From positions 1-57,032 of IMG/VR virus record IMGVR_UViG_3300017963_000310: a DNA stretch of 57,032 nucleotides; one strand, given 5' to 3'. This document shows positions 1-8,103 of the stretch, one piece after another. The DNA comes from a virus (taxonomy: Duplodnaviria > Caudoviricetes). The translations under genes were made by a program, and so were the position numbers. How positions within the stretch are numbered: the first letter of the stretch is position 1; every line of letters starts with the position of its first letter. The notes under the pieces were generated by a model. That model was not told the DNA's origin and ran no database searches. It saw only the letters and a list, made by a program, of their open reading frames with translations.

Positions 1-212
1 AACTCACTTTGACAAACAAGTCAAGACTATTGCTCTGTGTGTTAATCAACTCACTTTGACAAACAAGTCAAGACTATTAACGCACAGCATAATCAACTCA
101 CTTTGACAGACAAGTCAAGACTATTGCTCTGTGTGTTAATCAACTCACTTTGACAAACAAGTCAAGACTATTAACGCACAGCATAATCAACTCACTTTGA
201 CAGACAAGTCAA
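1..212. repeat. AT-rich 47-bp tandem repeat (about 4.5 units), continuous with the array at the right end
   Basis: Units start at 1, 48, 95, 142, 189: AACTCACTTTGACA(A/G)ACAAGTCAAGACTAT + 12-nt variable block (TGCTCTGTGTGT or TAACGCACAGCA) + TAATC; internal palindrome TTGAC-N6-GTCAA. Confidence 0.95.
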
Positions 213-214
213 TC

Positions 215-928
215 CTACTCCGCCGGGGTACTACCGTTAGTTAACAGCGGTACCTCTTGCCGTTCCATGAGTGTGAAATGCCCCTTGCGCTGGGACTCCA
301 TCACGGCAACAGTCTTATAGGGTCCGTACAGCTTGTTTTTGTAGGGCGAGTAAAAGCACCGGGCCAGTACCTCGGGCGGCGCGTCTAGCACACCGGGGCT
401 GCCCTCCTGTAACTGGTTTACGAGCTCTTTGTAGCGCCGTAGCTCGGCCCGCAGCTTTTTGACGACGTCGGTTTCATGCTGGGCGCTGCCCCGGTTAGCG
501 ATAGCGTATAGGGTGGCGAACAGGGGTAGAGCTATCGGCATGAGCACGATCCGGGCGTTAACCCATCCGTTTAGCCGGGACTCCCATTCCCCTGTGACAC
601 CGGCTGCATACATGAACTGGCTGGCGTGGTGCAGCGCATACAGCACTTGGGTGTACGCGCTAGCCACGGCGGCGATGGCGAACGCGATGGCCATCGATGT
701 CGACCAGCCATGGGATAAACGCCGGGCAGTGACCATCATGCCCACGTCGATCGCTATGGCCCCCAGCACGCCCTGCAAACCCCACCACAACTGACCGATC
801 GTATCGTCCGGCATGACGCCCTGCAGCGTGATGGCCATCGACCAGGTAGTGTGGGTAAACGTCGCGAAAGCCACGGCGAGATACACCCAGGTTAACGCGG
901 TGAGCGACATCGCTCGTCGTATGATCAT
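215..928 (-). CDS. Membrane protein with about 4 TM segments and a C-terminal coiled coil
   Basis: ORF 215..1012 in track; ATG at 928 preceded by GGAGG chosen as start; hydrophobic helices then VVKKLRAELRRYKELVNQLQE. Confidence 0.7.
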   Translation of the reverse strand: MIIRRAMSLTALTWVYLAVAFATFTHTTWSMAITLQGVMPDDTIGQLWWGLQGVLGAIAIDVGMMVTARRLSHGWSTSMAIAFAIAAVASAYTQVLYALHHASQFMYAAGVTGEWESRLNGWVNARIVLMPIALPLFATLYAIANRGSAQHETDVVKKLRAELRRYKELVNQLQEGSPGVLDAPPEVLARCFYSPYKNKLYGPYKTVAVMESQRKGHFTLMERQEVPLLTNGSTPAE

Positions 929-990
929 GTTGGCCTCCATTCTGTGTTTAGCGCGGTTGAGCTCGGAATAGCGTCCTAGCCTATTCGTTA

Positions 991-1096
991 GAACAAACGT
1001 TCTCAATTCCAAAATAGAACAGTCGTTCTGTAAACCGCAATTCCAAAATAGAACAGTCGTTCTGTAAACCGCAATTCCAAAATAGAACAGTCGTTC
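991..1096. promoter_or_regulatory. Four GAAC-N4-GTTC (Gram-positive-type LexA/SOS box-like) sites, three within a 34-bp tandem repeat
   Basis: Boxes at 991-1002, 1017-1028, 1051-1062, 1085-1096; repeat CAATTCCAAAATAGAACAGTCGTTCTGTAAACCG at 1004, 1038 and partial at 1072. Confidence 0.75.
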
Positions 1097-1115
1097 GTCA
1101 GAATAGCGTACGGCG

Positions 1116-2477
1116 CTATTCTGCGGGAAACGGCAGTTCGTCCAGAATAGCGTCTACCACCGCGCGCTTATCCCGCAGGGCGCGGTGGATCTTGGTGTCG
1201 ACCGTGCCCTTAGTCAACAGGTGGAGATACGTCACGGCGTGCTGCTGACCAGGGCGCATGATGCGGGCGCGGCTCTGTAGGTATGCGCCCAGATCAAAGG
1301 TCAAATCGTAGTATAGCACGTACCGGGCCCGGGTCATGCTGATGCCCTCGCTGCCCGCCTTGATCTGCACCACCAGGGCGTTATACATTCCGCTCTGCCA
1401 TTCGGCCAGTTGGTGGTGTGTTCCTGATAGCTCGGCGGCGCTGCGGCCAGCCCGGGCTAGCTCTTCTAGCACGAGCTGGATGCTGTGCCGGAACAGGCAA
1501 AACACCACCAGCGGCTCTCCGGGCGGCAAGTCGCGCAGCGTATCACGCAGCAGCATACGCTTAGCCCGAGAGATGACCTCGTGCGTTCCGTCATCATACT
1601 GTAGTAGCCCAGCGCTGGCGATCTGGTGCAGGCGCAGCAGCTTGGTCAGGGCGTTAGAGACAGTAACGATCCCGGCTGCGGTCCCGGCGATAAACTCTTT
1701 GTGCAGATCGCGGTATACCCGCTTGGCTTTGGGTTCTAGTACGGCGTAGCGCTCCTGGTCCACCTCGGGCGGTAGATCCAGCACATCCCGGGTACGTACC
1801 TGGACCGACAGGCTAGCGATCTTCTCGCTTAGCTCTCCCTGGTTGACCCACCGTATGACCTCGCGGTTTTCGAAGCCGCCCATGATCGCGTACCGAGCCC
1901 GGAAGTCCTCAAAGCGGGTCCCGAACACCCACGGGGCCAGAAAACGGAACTGAGCGTACACGTCGAGCGGTGAGTTGGGCATCGGGGTGCCGGTCAAAGC
2001 CAGTCGGCGAGGCATACGGCGGCCCAGGTGCCCGAAGAACTTGGAAGCTTTGCCCCCGGGGCTCTTGATACGGTGGCTTTCGTCCAACACGCACAAATCC
2101 CACTCGATAGAGCGCAGAGTAGCCGCCAGTACCGGACGCCAGGCGCTTTCATAGTTGAGTATGGCCCACAGTGGGCGGCGTTGCTGGAAAGCCTGTGTGG
2201 CATGGTTGGCCAACGCGGCGGCTTTGCCTTTAGAGTCACGCTGGTCGGGCGCTACCACGTACCACGGACGGCGCGACCAACGAACCACCTCTTCGGGCCA
2301 GACCGACAGCACGCCCTTAGGGCAGATTAGCAACACCCGGTTACAGTCCCAGCGGTCGGCCAGGTCGACAGCTATCCGGCTCTTACCGGCTCCCATGTCC
2401 AAGAACAGGCCAAACGCCTCGTACTGAGCGGCGGTATCCAGGGCGGCTTGCTGGTGTGGCCAGCGGGGCGGTGTCAT
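1116..2477 (-). CDS. SNF2-family (SF2) DNA helicase
   Basis: Motifs DMGAGKS, LDESHRIK, LTGTP, GSEGISMT, QSRARIMRPGQ. Confidence 0.92.
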   Translation of the reverse strand: MTPPRWPHQQAALDTAAQYEAFGLFLDMGAGKSRIAVDLADRWDCNRVLLICPKGVLSVWPEEVVRWSRRPWYVVAPDQRDSKGKAAALANHATQAFQQRRPLWAILNYESAWRPVLAATLRSIEWDLCVLDESHRIKSPGGKASKFFGHLGRRMPRRLALTGTPMPNSPLDVYAQFRFLAPWVFGTRFEDFRARYAIMGGFENREVIRWVNQGELSEKIASLSVQVRTRDVLDLPPEVDQERYAVLEPKAKRVYRDLHKEFIAGTAAGIVTVSNALTKLLRLHQIASAGLLQYDDGTHEVISRAKRMLLRDTLRDLPPGEPLVVFCLFRHSIQLVLEELARAGRSAAELSGTHHQLAEWQSGMYNALVVQIKAGSEGISMTRARYVLYYDLTFDLGAYLQSRARIMRPGQQHAVTYLHLLTKGTVDTKIHRALRDKRAVVDAILDELPFPAE

Positions 2478-2902
2478 GGCCTACTCCGGTATAACTGCTG
2501 TTCGGTGGTGACGACCCGGTGCAATCGTTGCTCACAGAGCAGCACTACCTCAAACGGGTCGCGTGGGTTGAGCTCGTCCAGTACTCGTAGGGCACTGCCA
2601 CAATGTGGGCAAGGATAGGGCAGTACATCTCCACATATCCGCAGCGCTTCCTCGGGGCTGGTGGCCACCCCGGCTCGAGCTCCCACCGACCGCCAACGTT
2701 TAAGCTGTGCGGCCTGGAGGGGCGTTAGCCGCCCCTCCTTGGTCTTGACCTCGATCGCCACAAACCGACCATGAAAGCAGGCAAACAGATCAGGGCGTCC
2801 ACGTTCGGTATACACTCCGGTGTTTTTGGTAGCGTCGGCCCCCTGATCCTGGATGGCCCGTATGATGGCCCGCACGACCGAGCTTTCAGAAGGGCAAGTC
2901 AT
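2474..2902 (-). CDS. VRR-NUC domain nuclease with C-terminal Cys motif
   Basis: GRPDL...FVAIEVKT..GRLTPLQ; CPHC; adjacent to SNF2 gene as is typical. Confidence 0.88.
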   Translation of the reverse strand: MTCPSESSVVRAIIRAIQDQGADATKNTGVYTERGRPDLFACFHGRFVAIEVKTKEGRLTPLQAAQLKRWRSVGARAGVATSPEEALRICGDVLPYPCPHCGSALRVLDELNPRDPFEVVLLCEQRLHRVVTTEQQLYRSRP

Positions 2903-3614
2903 CGTCCATCCTGGACAAGAACTCGGCTTCTAGCGCAGCCAGGTCTTGGTCGGTCAGCCTGCAGTGCAGGATATAGTTGACCGCAGCCCGGAGATCGGGC
3001 ACCTGCACCACGTCGTGCGCCTCTAGGCTAACTAATGATCCGATCACTATCACCGACTTACCCAGTGCGCGGGCGTATTCAATCTCACGGATAGTACCGA
3101 AGCCCCGGCCCGGGCCCTTTAGGTTGGCTAGCACCAAAGTGCAGTGCTGGATGGCAGCCCGGTTGATGCTGCTAACCGCCTGGGCCATGGCCTGGTGTAC
3201 GTCTTTCAAGTCGGGCAGCTCATAGGCGGTTAGTGGGTTAAAGCAGGCCACCCCTCGCTGGGTTAGTAGCTGCTCAGCCTGATCACGCCAGCAGGCCCCA
3301 TCTACTACGTCGATGTCGTCGATCGGCCCAGCCAGGTACACCATGACCGTGTCGCTGGGCCACTCATCCCGGGCCACCAACAGGGCGATGACGGCATAGC
3401 CTGCGATGTCTTTGATGGTGTCTTCCAGGCTCTCGTTGTCCGGCTGTTGGCCGTTTTGAGCCAGGTTACGCAGGCGCACGATCTTGTCGGTTAGGCGCAT
3501 AGCCACCCCGGGTAGCCCGAGGTGGTATATGTTGTCGCGCGAGTAGTCGCGGCCTTTACCGCCTAGCATCGTGTCTAGCTCGTCTAGTATGGCCTTAATC
3601 TCGGGCGCTGACAT
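2886..3614 (-). CDS. Fusion of DUF1599/Nmad1 (MazG-like all-alpha) domain and nucleoside 2-deoxyribosyltransferase/N-glycosidase-like domain
   Basis: N-term KGRDYS..RLTDKIVRL..ESLEDTIKDIAGYAVI; C-term VYLAGPI..WR..FNP..GTIREIEYARALGKSV; start at MSAPEIK overlapping purZ end. Confidence 0.75.
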   Translation of the reverse strand: MSAPEIKAILDELDTMLGGKGRDYSRDNIYHLGLPGVAMRLTDKIVRLRNLAQNGQQPDNESLEDTIKDIAGYAVIALLVARDEWPSDTVMVYLAGPIDDIDVVDGACWRDQAEQLLTQRGVACFNPLTAYELPDLKDVHQAMAQAVSSINRAAIQHCTLVLANLKGPGRGFGTIREIEYARALGKSVIVIGSLVSLEAHDVVQVPDLRAAVNYILHCRLTDQDLAALEAEFLSRMDDDLPF

Positions 3615-4689
3615 GCGGCACCTCAACGATCGACCACTCTGGCCCCCCGGTCCCAACGAACAGAACCGGTAGATCGAACTCCTGCTCTATCTGGCGCACG
3701 ACTACCCGCCCTTTTTCACTCAGGTCGTCCCAGCGGGTTTTGCCCTCGTCCTCTGGGCTGACGTAGTCCAGGAAGTTGAGCGCCAACCAATGCGGGCCGT
3801 TGACCCGGATGGCGTGTTCCACCAGGCGCGGATTAAACTCGGCCACGCGTCGAACTTTCTTGGTGACGGTGGTGTGCTCCAGCACCGGTCGGCCTACCCG
3901 GGCGCTTAGCTCTTCCCAGCTGATTTCGTCGGCAATCGGCCCGCTGTTGCCACCGACCCGGATCGGGTAGGTACGGATCACCAGGCCCACCTCGGTTACG
4001 GCATGCGGGGGCAGGCCGACGTCGGCGGCGAACTGGGCCGCGTTGGTGTCGTTACTGGTGACGTAGGGCCAGTGGCCATGGATCAAGGACAGCCCAAAGC
4101 CTTGCGCGCCCTCTAACAGGATGCGGCTGTTGGCCTGCCGGGCCTGGTGCAGCCATTGGGCGGTGTCAAGTAGGATACTCTGCAGCGCCCAACCGTTACC
4201 AAGCGTGTGATCGAACGCGACGTCGCGCATGCGCTTAAAATGGTCCGGGTTGCGCCGGATACGATCCAAACGCGCAGCGCCTACGCCTTCACCGGTGGAC
4301 CCGATGCGGGCGTGCAGTTCGCCTTGCGTGCCACCCTCTTCGGCGTGGTGTTGGTGCCCGATGATGCCCGCCCCCAGATCGACCCGCACGCGTTCGTAAA
4401 TGGTGGGGTCGACCTCGGCGATAGCGTCTAGCTCTTGCACTAAGAGCTTGGGGTCGACTAGTGCTCCGGCCCCGATGATGAGCGTAGCCTTGGGGTTAAT
4501 CCACCCACACGGCACGCTCTGCATGGCCCATGTGCGCCCTTGGTGTTTGAAGGAGTGGCCCGCGTTGGGTCCCCCTACCCGGACGTGTACGTCGTACTGT
4601 TGGGCTAGGTACTTAACGATGTTGCCTTTGCCCTCGCTGCCGTACTGGCCACCTATGATAGCTAGGACGGCGGGGTGTTGCTGTTGCAT
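3595..4689 (-). CDS. purZ: PurZ/PurZ0-like 2-amino-deoxyadenylosuccinate synthetase (adenylosuccinate synthetase family)
   Basis: GGQYGSEGKG (Ser at the PurA catalytic Asp position), GGPNAGH, IGSTGEGVG, EGAQG, TYPIRVGGNSGP, TTVTKKVRRV, NFLDY; short 364-aa form. Confidence 0.82.
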   Translation of the reverse strand: MQQQHPAVLAIIGGQYGSEGKGNIVKYLAQQYDVHVRVGGPNAGHSFKHQGRTWAMQSVPCGWINPKATLIIGAGALVDPKLLVQELDAIAEVDPTIYERVRVDLGAGIIGHQHHAEEGGTQGELHARIGSTGEGVGAARLDRIRRNPDHFKRMRDVAFDHTLGNGWALQSILLDTAQWLHQARQANSRILLEGAQGFGLSLIHGHWPYVTSNDTNAAQFAADVGLPPHAVTEVGLVIRTYPIRVGGNSGPIADEISWEELSARVGRPVLEHTTVTKKVRRVAEFNPRLVEHAIRVNGPHWLALNFLDYVSPEDEGKTRWDDLSEKGRVVVRQIEQEFDLPVLFVGTGGPEWSIVEVPHVSARD

Positions 4690-4967
4690 GATGGTTTGTG
4701 CTCCTCTGGTAAGTCGGTAGGTGCTAGGTCTAGTATCTGGTGGACGCTAGACAGGCGGCGCTGGACACCAGCGGCGATGCGCTGGGCACCAGCCTGGGCG
4801 AGTGCCAGGTTTTCACACGCTAAACCGTGCTTATGCTGGTCATCGGCGGTATCGATCAGTAGCTGTAGGTAGTCCAGGTGATCGAGGGCGCTAGCTAGGC
4901 CTTCGAGCATCTCGGGTAACCGTACCAAGTACGGCTGTAGTTGAACATAGCGGTTATCAGTCATCAA
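4662..4967 (-). CDS. Hypothetical helical protein
   Basis: 101-aa ORF overlapping both the polymerase and purZ ends. Confidence 0.6.
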   Translation of the reverse strand: MMTDNRYVQLQPYLVRLPEMLEGLASALDHLDYLQLLIDTADDQHKHGLACENLALAQAGAQRIAAGVQRRLSSVHQILDLAPTDLPEEHKPSCNSNTPPS

Positions 4968-6666
4968 GCATCTCCCCTAGACGCGTGCCGATCTTAACGT
5001 CCACCGCCATCGGGGCGCTGATCCAGCTGGGTACGTCCAGCATGATCTCCTCAACCGCGGCGGCTACCTCGTGTATGCCGTCCAGCGGCGTCTCTATCAG
5101 AAAGTCATCGTGGACCTGCAGCAGTAGATGGGTGTGGTCATCGCATAGCTCCTGGTCGATGCGCATCATGTCTTCGCGCATGATCTCGGCTACTGTGCCC
5201 TGGATGAGATTACTCATCGCTTTGTGGGCGGGGGCTCGTTTCCGGTCGTTGTAGTGCCGCCGTCGTCCGGTGTACAACTGGATGTAACCCCGAGTCTGGG
5301 CTATCCGTTGGGCGCGGTGGTACAGGTCCCGAAAACCGGGATACGCCCCGCGGTGTTGCCCTAGCAGCGCTTGGGCTTCTTTGTATGAGATGTGCAGGTC
5401 GTTAGCTAACGGGCCAGCCCCCATGCCGTACACCATGCCGAAGTTGATGCGTTTAGCAAAGTGCCGCGGTAAGCCTAGCTGCTCGGCGGTCGCGCTGTGT
5501 GGGTCCAGGCCCTGTTCTAACGCCCGGATCAAACCGGTCTCACGGGCATAGTGGGCCCCCACCCGTACCTCGGCTTGTTGGTAGTCGATCGCGATTAAAC
5601 CGTAACCCGGGCGGGCGACGATGACGTCCTTGACCTTGTACACCTCGGTGCGCACCGGCAGCGCTTGCAGGTTGGGGCTGTTGCACGACAGGCGGCTGCT
5701 GACCGTACCGGTGACGTTGAGGTTGGGATGCAGGATGTGTTGCCCGTCCATCTCCTCCAGAAAACGCCGGTAGTAACTGGTCAAGGCCCGGTGCCAGGCC
5801 CGGTAGGTTAGCATCAGCTGCGCGCCGGGGTGATCAGGCATGGTTTCTAATACATCGGCTGCTGAGCTCTGTACACCTAGCCAGGCCTGTACTTGCTTGG
5901 CGCTGCGCGGGTTGAGCTCGTAGCCTGCCAGAGCCTGAATACGGGCTTCGGTGACGGTGTGCTGCTCCTCGCACTCGGCCATGTATTGCTCGATCAGCGG
6001 TACGTCCAACTGCACGCCGTACAGCATCAAGCGGATAATCAGGTGGTTGTACGCGTTGACCTGCAGCCCTAGGTCGTGGAAATACCGCTTAGCCAGGTAT
6101 TGGTGCGCCAGCTCGGCCAGGGCCCAAGTCAGATCGACGTCCTGCACAGCGTACGACTCCACCAAGACAGCCGGTAACTGCCACATGTCGCCCTTGTTTA
6201 AGCCTCCACGCTTACCTAGCGCAGCCTGTAGCTCTCGCTCTTGGGCCTGGGCGTTGCTGTCGATGTACTTAGCCCCTAACTCTTTGAGCTTAAGACTGGG
6301 CTCGTTCTCGTTGAGCAGATGGATCAGGACCATGGTGTCCTCTAGCCGGACGGGGTGCACAGGAAAATCCCAGCCTGCTTGGACCATAAACGCTATATCA
6401 AAGGACCAGTTATGGCCCCGCCATACTGGCGCGTGATAGGTGGCTTCTATCAAAGCGGGTAGTTGTTCGAGCGGTAGGTTGTCCCCCTCTTTGTGCCGGA
6501 AAGGGAAGTAATAGCCTGTGCGTGGGGTACGCACCGCCACCCCGCAGATGCGATCACGGTGTGGCCCCCAGCGCTGTAACCCGGTGGTTTCCAGGTCGAT
6601 AGCTAACATCTCGCTGTTGGCGATGTCCTGCAGGGCGGCCTGAAAATCGGCCTGAGTGACTAGCAT
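4957..6666 (-). CDS. Family A DNA polymerase with 3'-5' exonuclease
   Basis: Exo DLETTG, HNWSFD, YAVQD; TGTVSSRLSCNSPNLQ; motif A DYQQAEVR; motif B AKRINFGMVYG; motif C QVHDD. Confidence 0.95.
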   Translation of the reverse strand: MLVTQADFQAALQDIANSEMLAIDLETTGLQRWGPHRDRICGVAVRTPRTGYYFPFRHKEGDNLPLEQLPALIEATYHAPVWRGHNWSFDIAFMVQAGWDFPVHPVRLEDTMVLIHLLNENEPSLKLKELGAKYIDSNAQAQERELQAALGKRGGLNKGDMWQLPAVLVESYAVQDVDLTWALAELAHQYLAKRYFHDLGLQVNAYNHLIIRLMLYGVQLDVPLIEQYMAECEEQHTVTEARIQALAGYELNPRSAKQVQAWLGVQSSAADVLETMPDHPGAQLMLTYRAWHRALTSYYRRFLEEMDGQHILHPNLNVTGTVSSRLSCNSPNLQALPVRTEVYKVKDVIVARPGYGLIAIDYQQAEVRVGAHYARETGLIRALEQGLDPHSATAEQLGLPRHFAKRINFGMVYGMGAGPLANDLHISYKEAQALLGQHRGAYPGFRDLYHRAQRIAQTRGYIQLYTGRRRHYNDRKRAPAHKAMSNLIQGTVAEIMREDMMRIDQELCDDHTHLLLQVHDDFLIETPLDGIHEVAAAVEEIMLDVPSWISAPMAVDVKIGTRLGEMLDD

Positions 6667-7016
6667 TAGTCCTCCTCAGGGGCAGGCGTGCACCAGCCCG
6701 CCTGCAGGGCTGTCCACCGGTGGCTGTTGTTCAGTAGTTGCTGCACCTCCTGCTTGTTACTGTGGACGTGCAGCCGCTCCTGGTGCCAGTGCGCAAACAG
6801 CACCGAGTGATTGCCCGGACCCGCCTCGGATAGGAAAGCGATCATGCGCGGGCCGTGTTCGTACGCTTGGCTATCCTTATACACGGTAAACAGTACGTTA
6901 TCAGGGTTTATCTCTGGCCAGGTAGCGTGGATAAGCTCGGCCAGACATCTTGCGGCGGCGTCTCGATCGGTAGCGACGCTGCGCATGGTGAACAGGGTCA
7001 CGAGTTGTAACTGCAT
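6666..7016 (-). CDS. Hypothetical protein
   Basis: 116-aa ORF, AGGAG RBS, stop overlaps polymerase start. Confidence 0.65.
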   Translation of the reverse strand: MQLQLVTLFTMRSVATDRDAAARCLAELIHATWPEINPDNVLFTVYKDSQAYEHGPRMIAFLSEAGPGNHSVLFAHWHQERLHVHSNKQEVQQLLNNSHRWTALQAGWCTPAPEED

Positions 7017-7025
7017 GGTGCTCTC

Positions 7026-7535
7026 CTAAAAAAACTCGCGGTGGTCGAGGCACGCGACGGCGTCAGCGATGTCTTGTTTAGTAATCCACCGGCCCTGAAA
7101 GGTACCGGTCTCGGACGGGCGCTGCAGGTCCCACACGAACCAAGCGTACGTGTCCGGGTTGAAATCCTGCCCCATCTGCGCCGGGTGAAGATCGCGCAGG
7201 TGCACCCGGGTTAAACCAGTGCTTTCGAAATCAGCGCGGTGAAACTGTAGGTATCGGGGCGGCATGAGTAACGCGATCTTATGTGTAGCGCAGTGCACCA
7301 TCTTGTTAACCCAGAGTAAGCGATCAAAAGACGGCGGCTGGCCAATGATATTAGGCACTGGGGCCCCCTCGCAGTGTAGCAGAGAGCGAGACGCGGTGCA
7401 GACCGGCAGACCCCAGGCCCGTAAGACCTGGGGAAAGCCGGTGATGTCCCGCGTGGGGTCCCACACCAGCCCCTCGAAACGCTCCATGGATAGTAGCCCG
7501 AGGAGCGCGTCTCGGTGAGATGGTCGGGGCCCCAT
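7026..7535 (-). CDS. Degenerate phage DNA N6-adenine methyltransferase-like protein
   Basis: Family scaffold (ERFEGLVWDP.., NIIGQPP, KIALLMP, YAWFVWD) but SAM motif reads DPTRD and catalytic NPPF/Y reads QPPS. Confidence 0.6.
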   Translation of the reverse strand: MGPRPSHRDALLGLLSMERFEGLVWDPTRDITGFPQVLRAWGLPVCTASRSLLHCEGAPVPNIIGQPPSFDRLLWVNKMVHCATHKIALLMPPRYLQFHRADFESTGLTRVHLRDLHPAQMGQDFNPDTYAWFVWDLQRPSETGTFQGRWITKQDIADAVACLDHREFF

Positions 7536-7537
7536 GA

Positions 7538-8062
7538 TTAGAACTCTTCGCCGGTGTCGGGCCCGGGGGCCTGGTCTTCGATGCGGCTGCCAGCGGCGGG
7601 TGTAGGCTCAAAGTCGGGCACTTCGCCCGCTCCGAGCTTGGTGCCAGCCCCTTCAACGGGGGCCATAACGCGCGTGATCTCGTTGCGCATCTGCTCGTTG
7701 AACATGCTTTTACCCACCACTAAGCGTACCATGGTGTTGACGTATTCCGAGTATACTAGGCGCATCTTGGTGCCCAGCTTGCCCAGGCCAGTGGCCTGCA
7801 GCATCTCGCGGATCTTCCAGGCCGAGCTCTCGCTCTTGACCGTCCAGGTGCGCAGTTCGACCCCTGCGTGCGGCGGGTCGATCAGCACGAACTCCCAGAC
7901 CAACATGTCGTTGTTGTTGCGGCTGACGGCTTCGGTGACCAGCATCAGCACCGCGCGATAGGTGCCCTCTGGTATGGTATTGTCGTCGGACCAGCCGGTG
8001 GTGTCCAGCTCGATCCCCACTTCGCCGGTTTGGTTGTTGCCACCGGGCAGATCATCAGTCAT
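7538..8062 (-). CDS. DUF669-like single-stranded DNA-binding protein
   Basis: IPEGTY, SRNNNDML, acidic C-terminal tail ending in F; follows Sak4-like ATPase. Confidence 0.75.
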   Translation of the reverse strand: MTDDLPGGNNQTGEVGIELDTTGWSDDNTIPEGTYRAVLMLVTEAVSRNNNDMLVWEFVLIDPPHAGVELRTWTVKSESSAWKIREMLQATGLGKLGTKMRLVYSEYVNTMVRLVVGKSMFNEQMRNEITRVMAPVEGAGTKLGAGEVPDFEPTPAAGSRIEDQAPGPDTGEEF

Positions 8063-8103
8063 GTCGAACTCCTTGTTATCTTAGGGTCGGATAGTGCTGC
8101 GGC

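Noticed and set aside
1-212. CRISPR array (35-bp constant part plus variable block)
   Set aside because: Variable blocks are only 12 nt and recur as two alternating types; no cas operon is present.
3595-4689. Ordinary purA auxiliary metabolic gene
   Set aside because: The catalytic Asp of GDEGKG is Ser and the gene lies in the DNA polymerase operon, which fits PurZ better.
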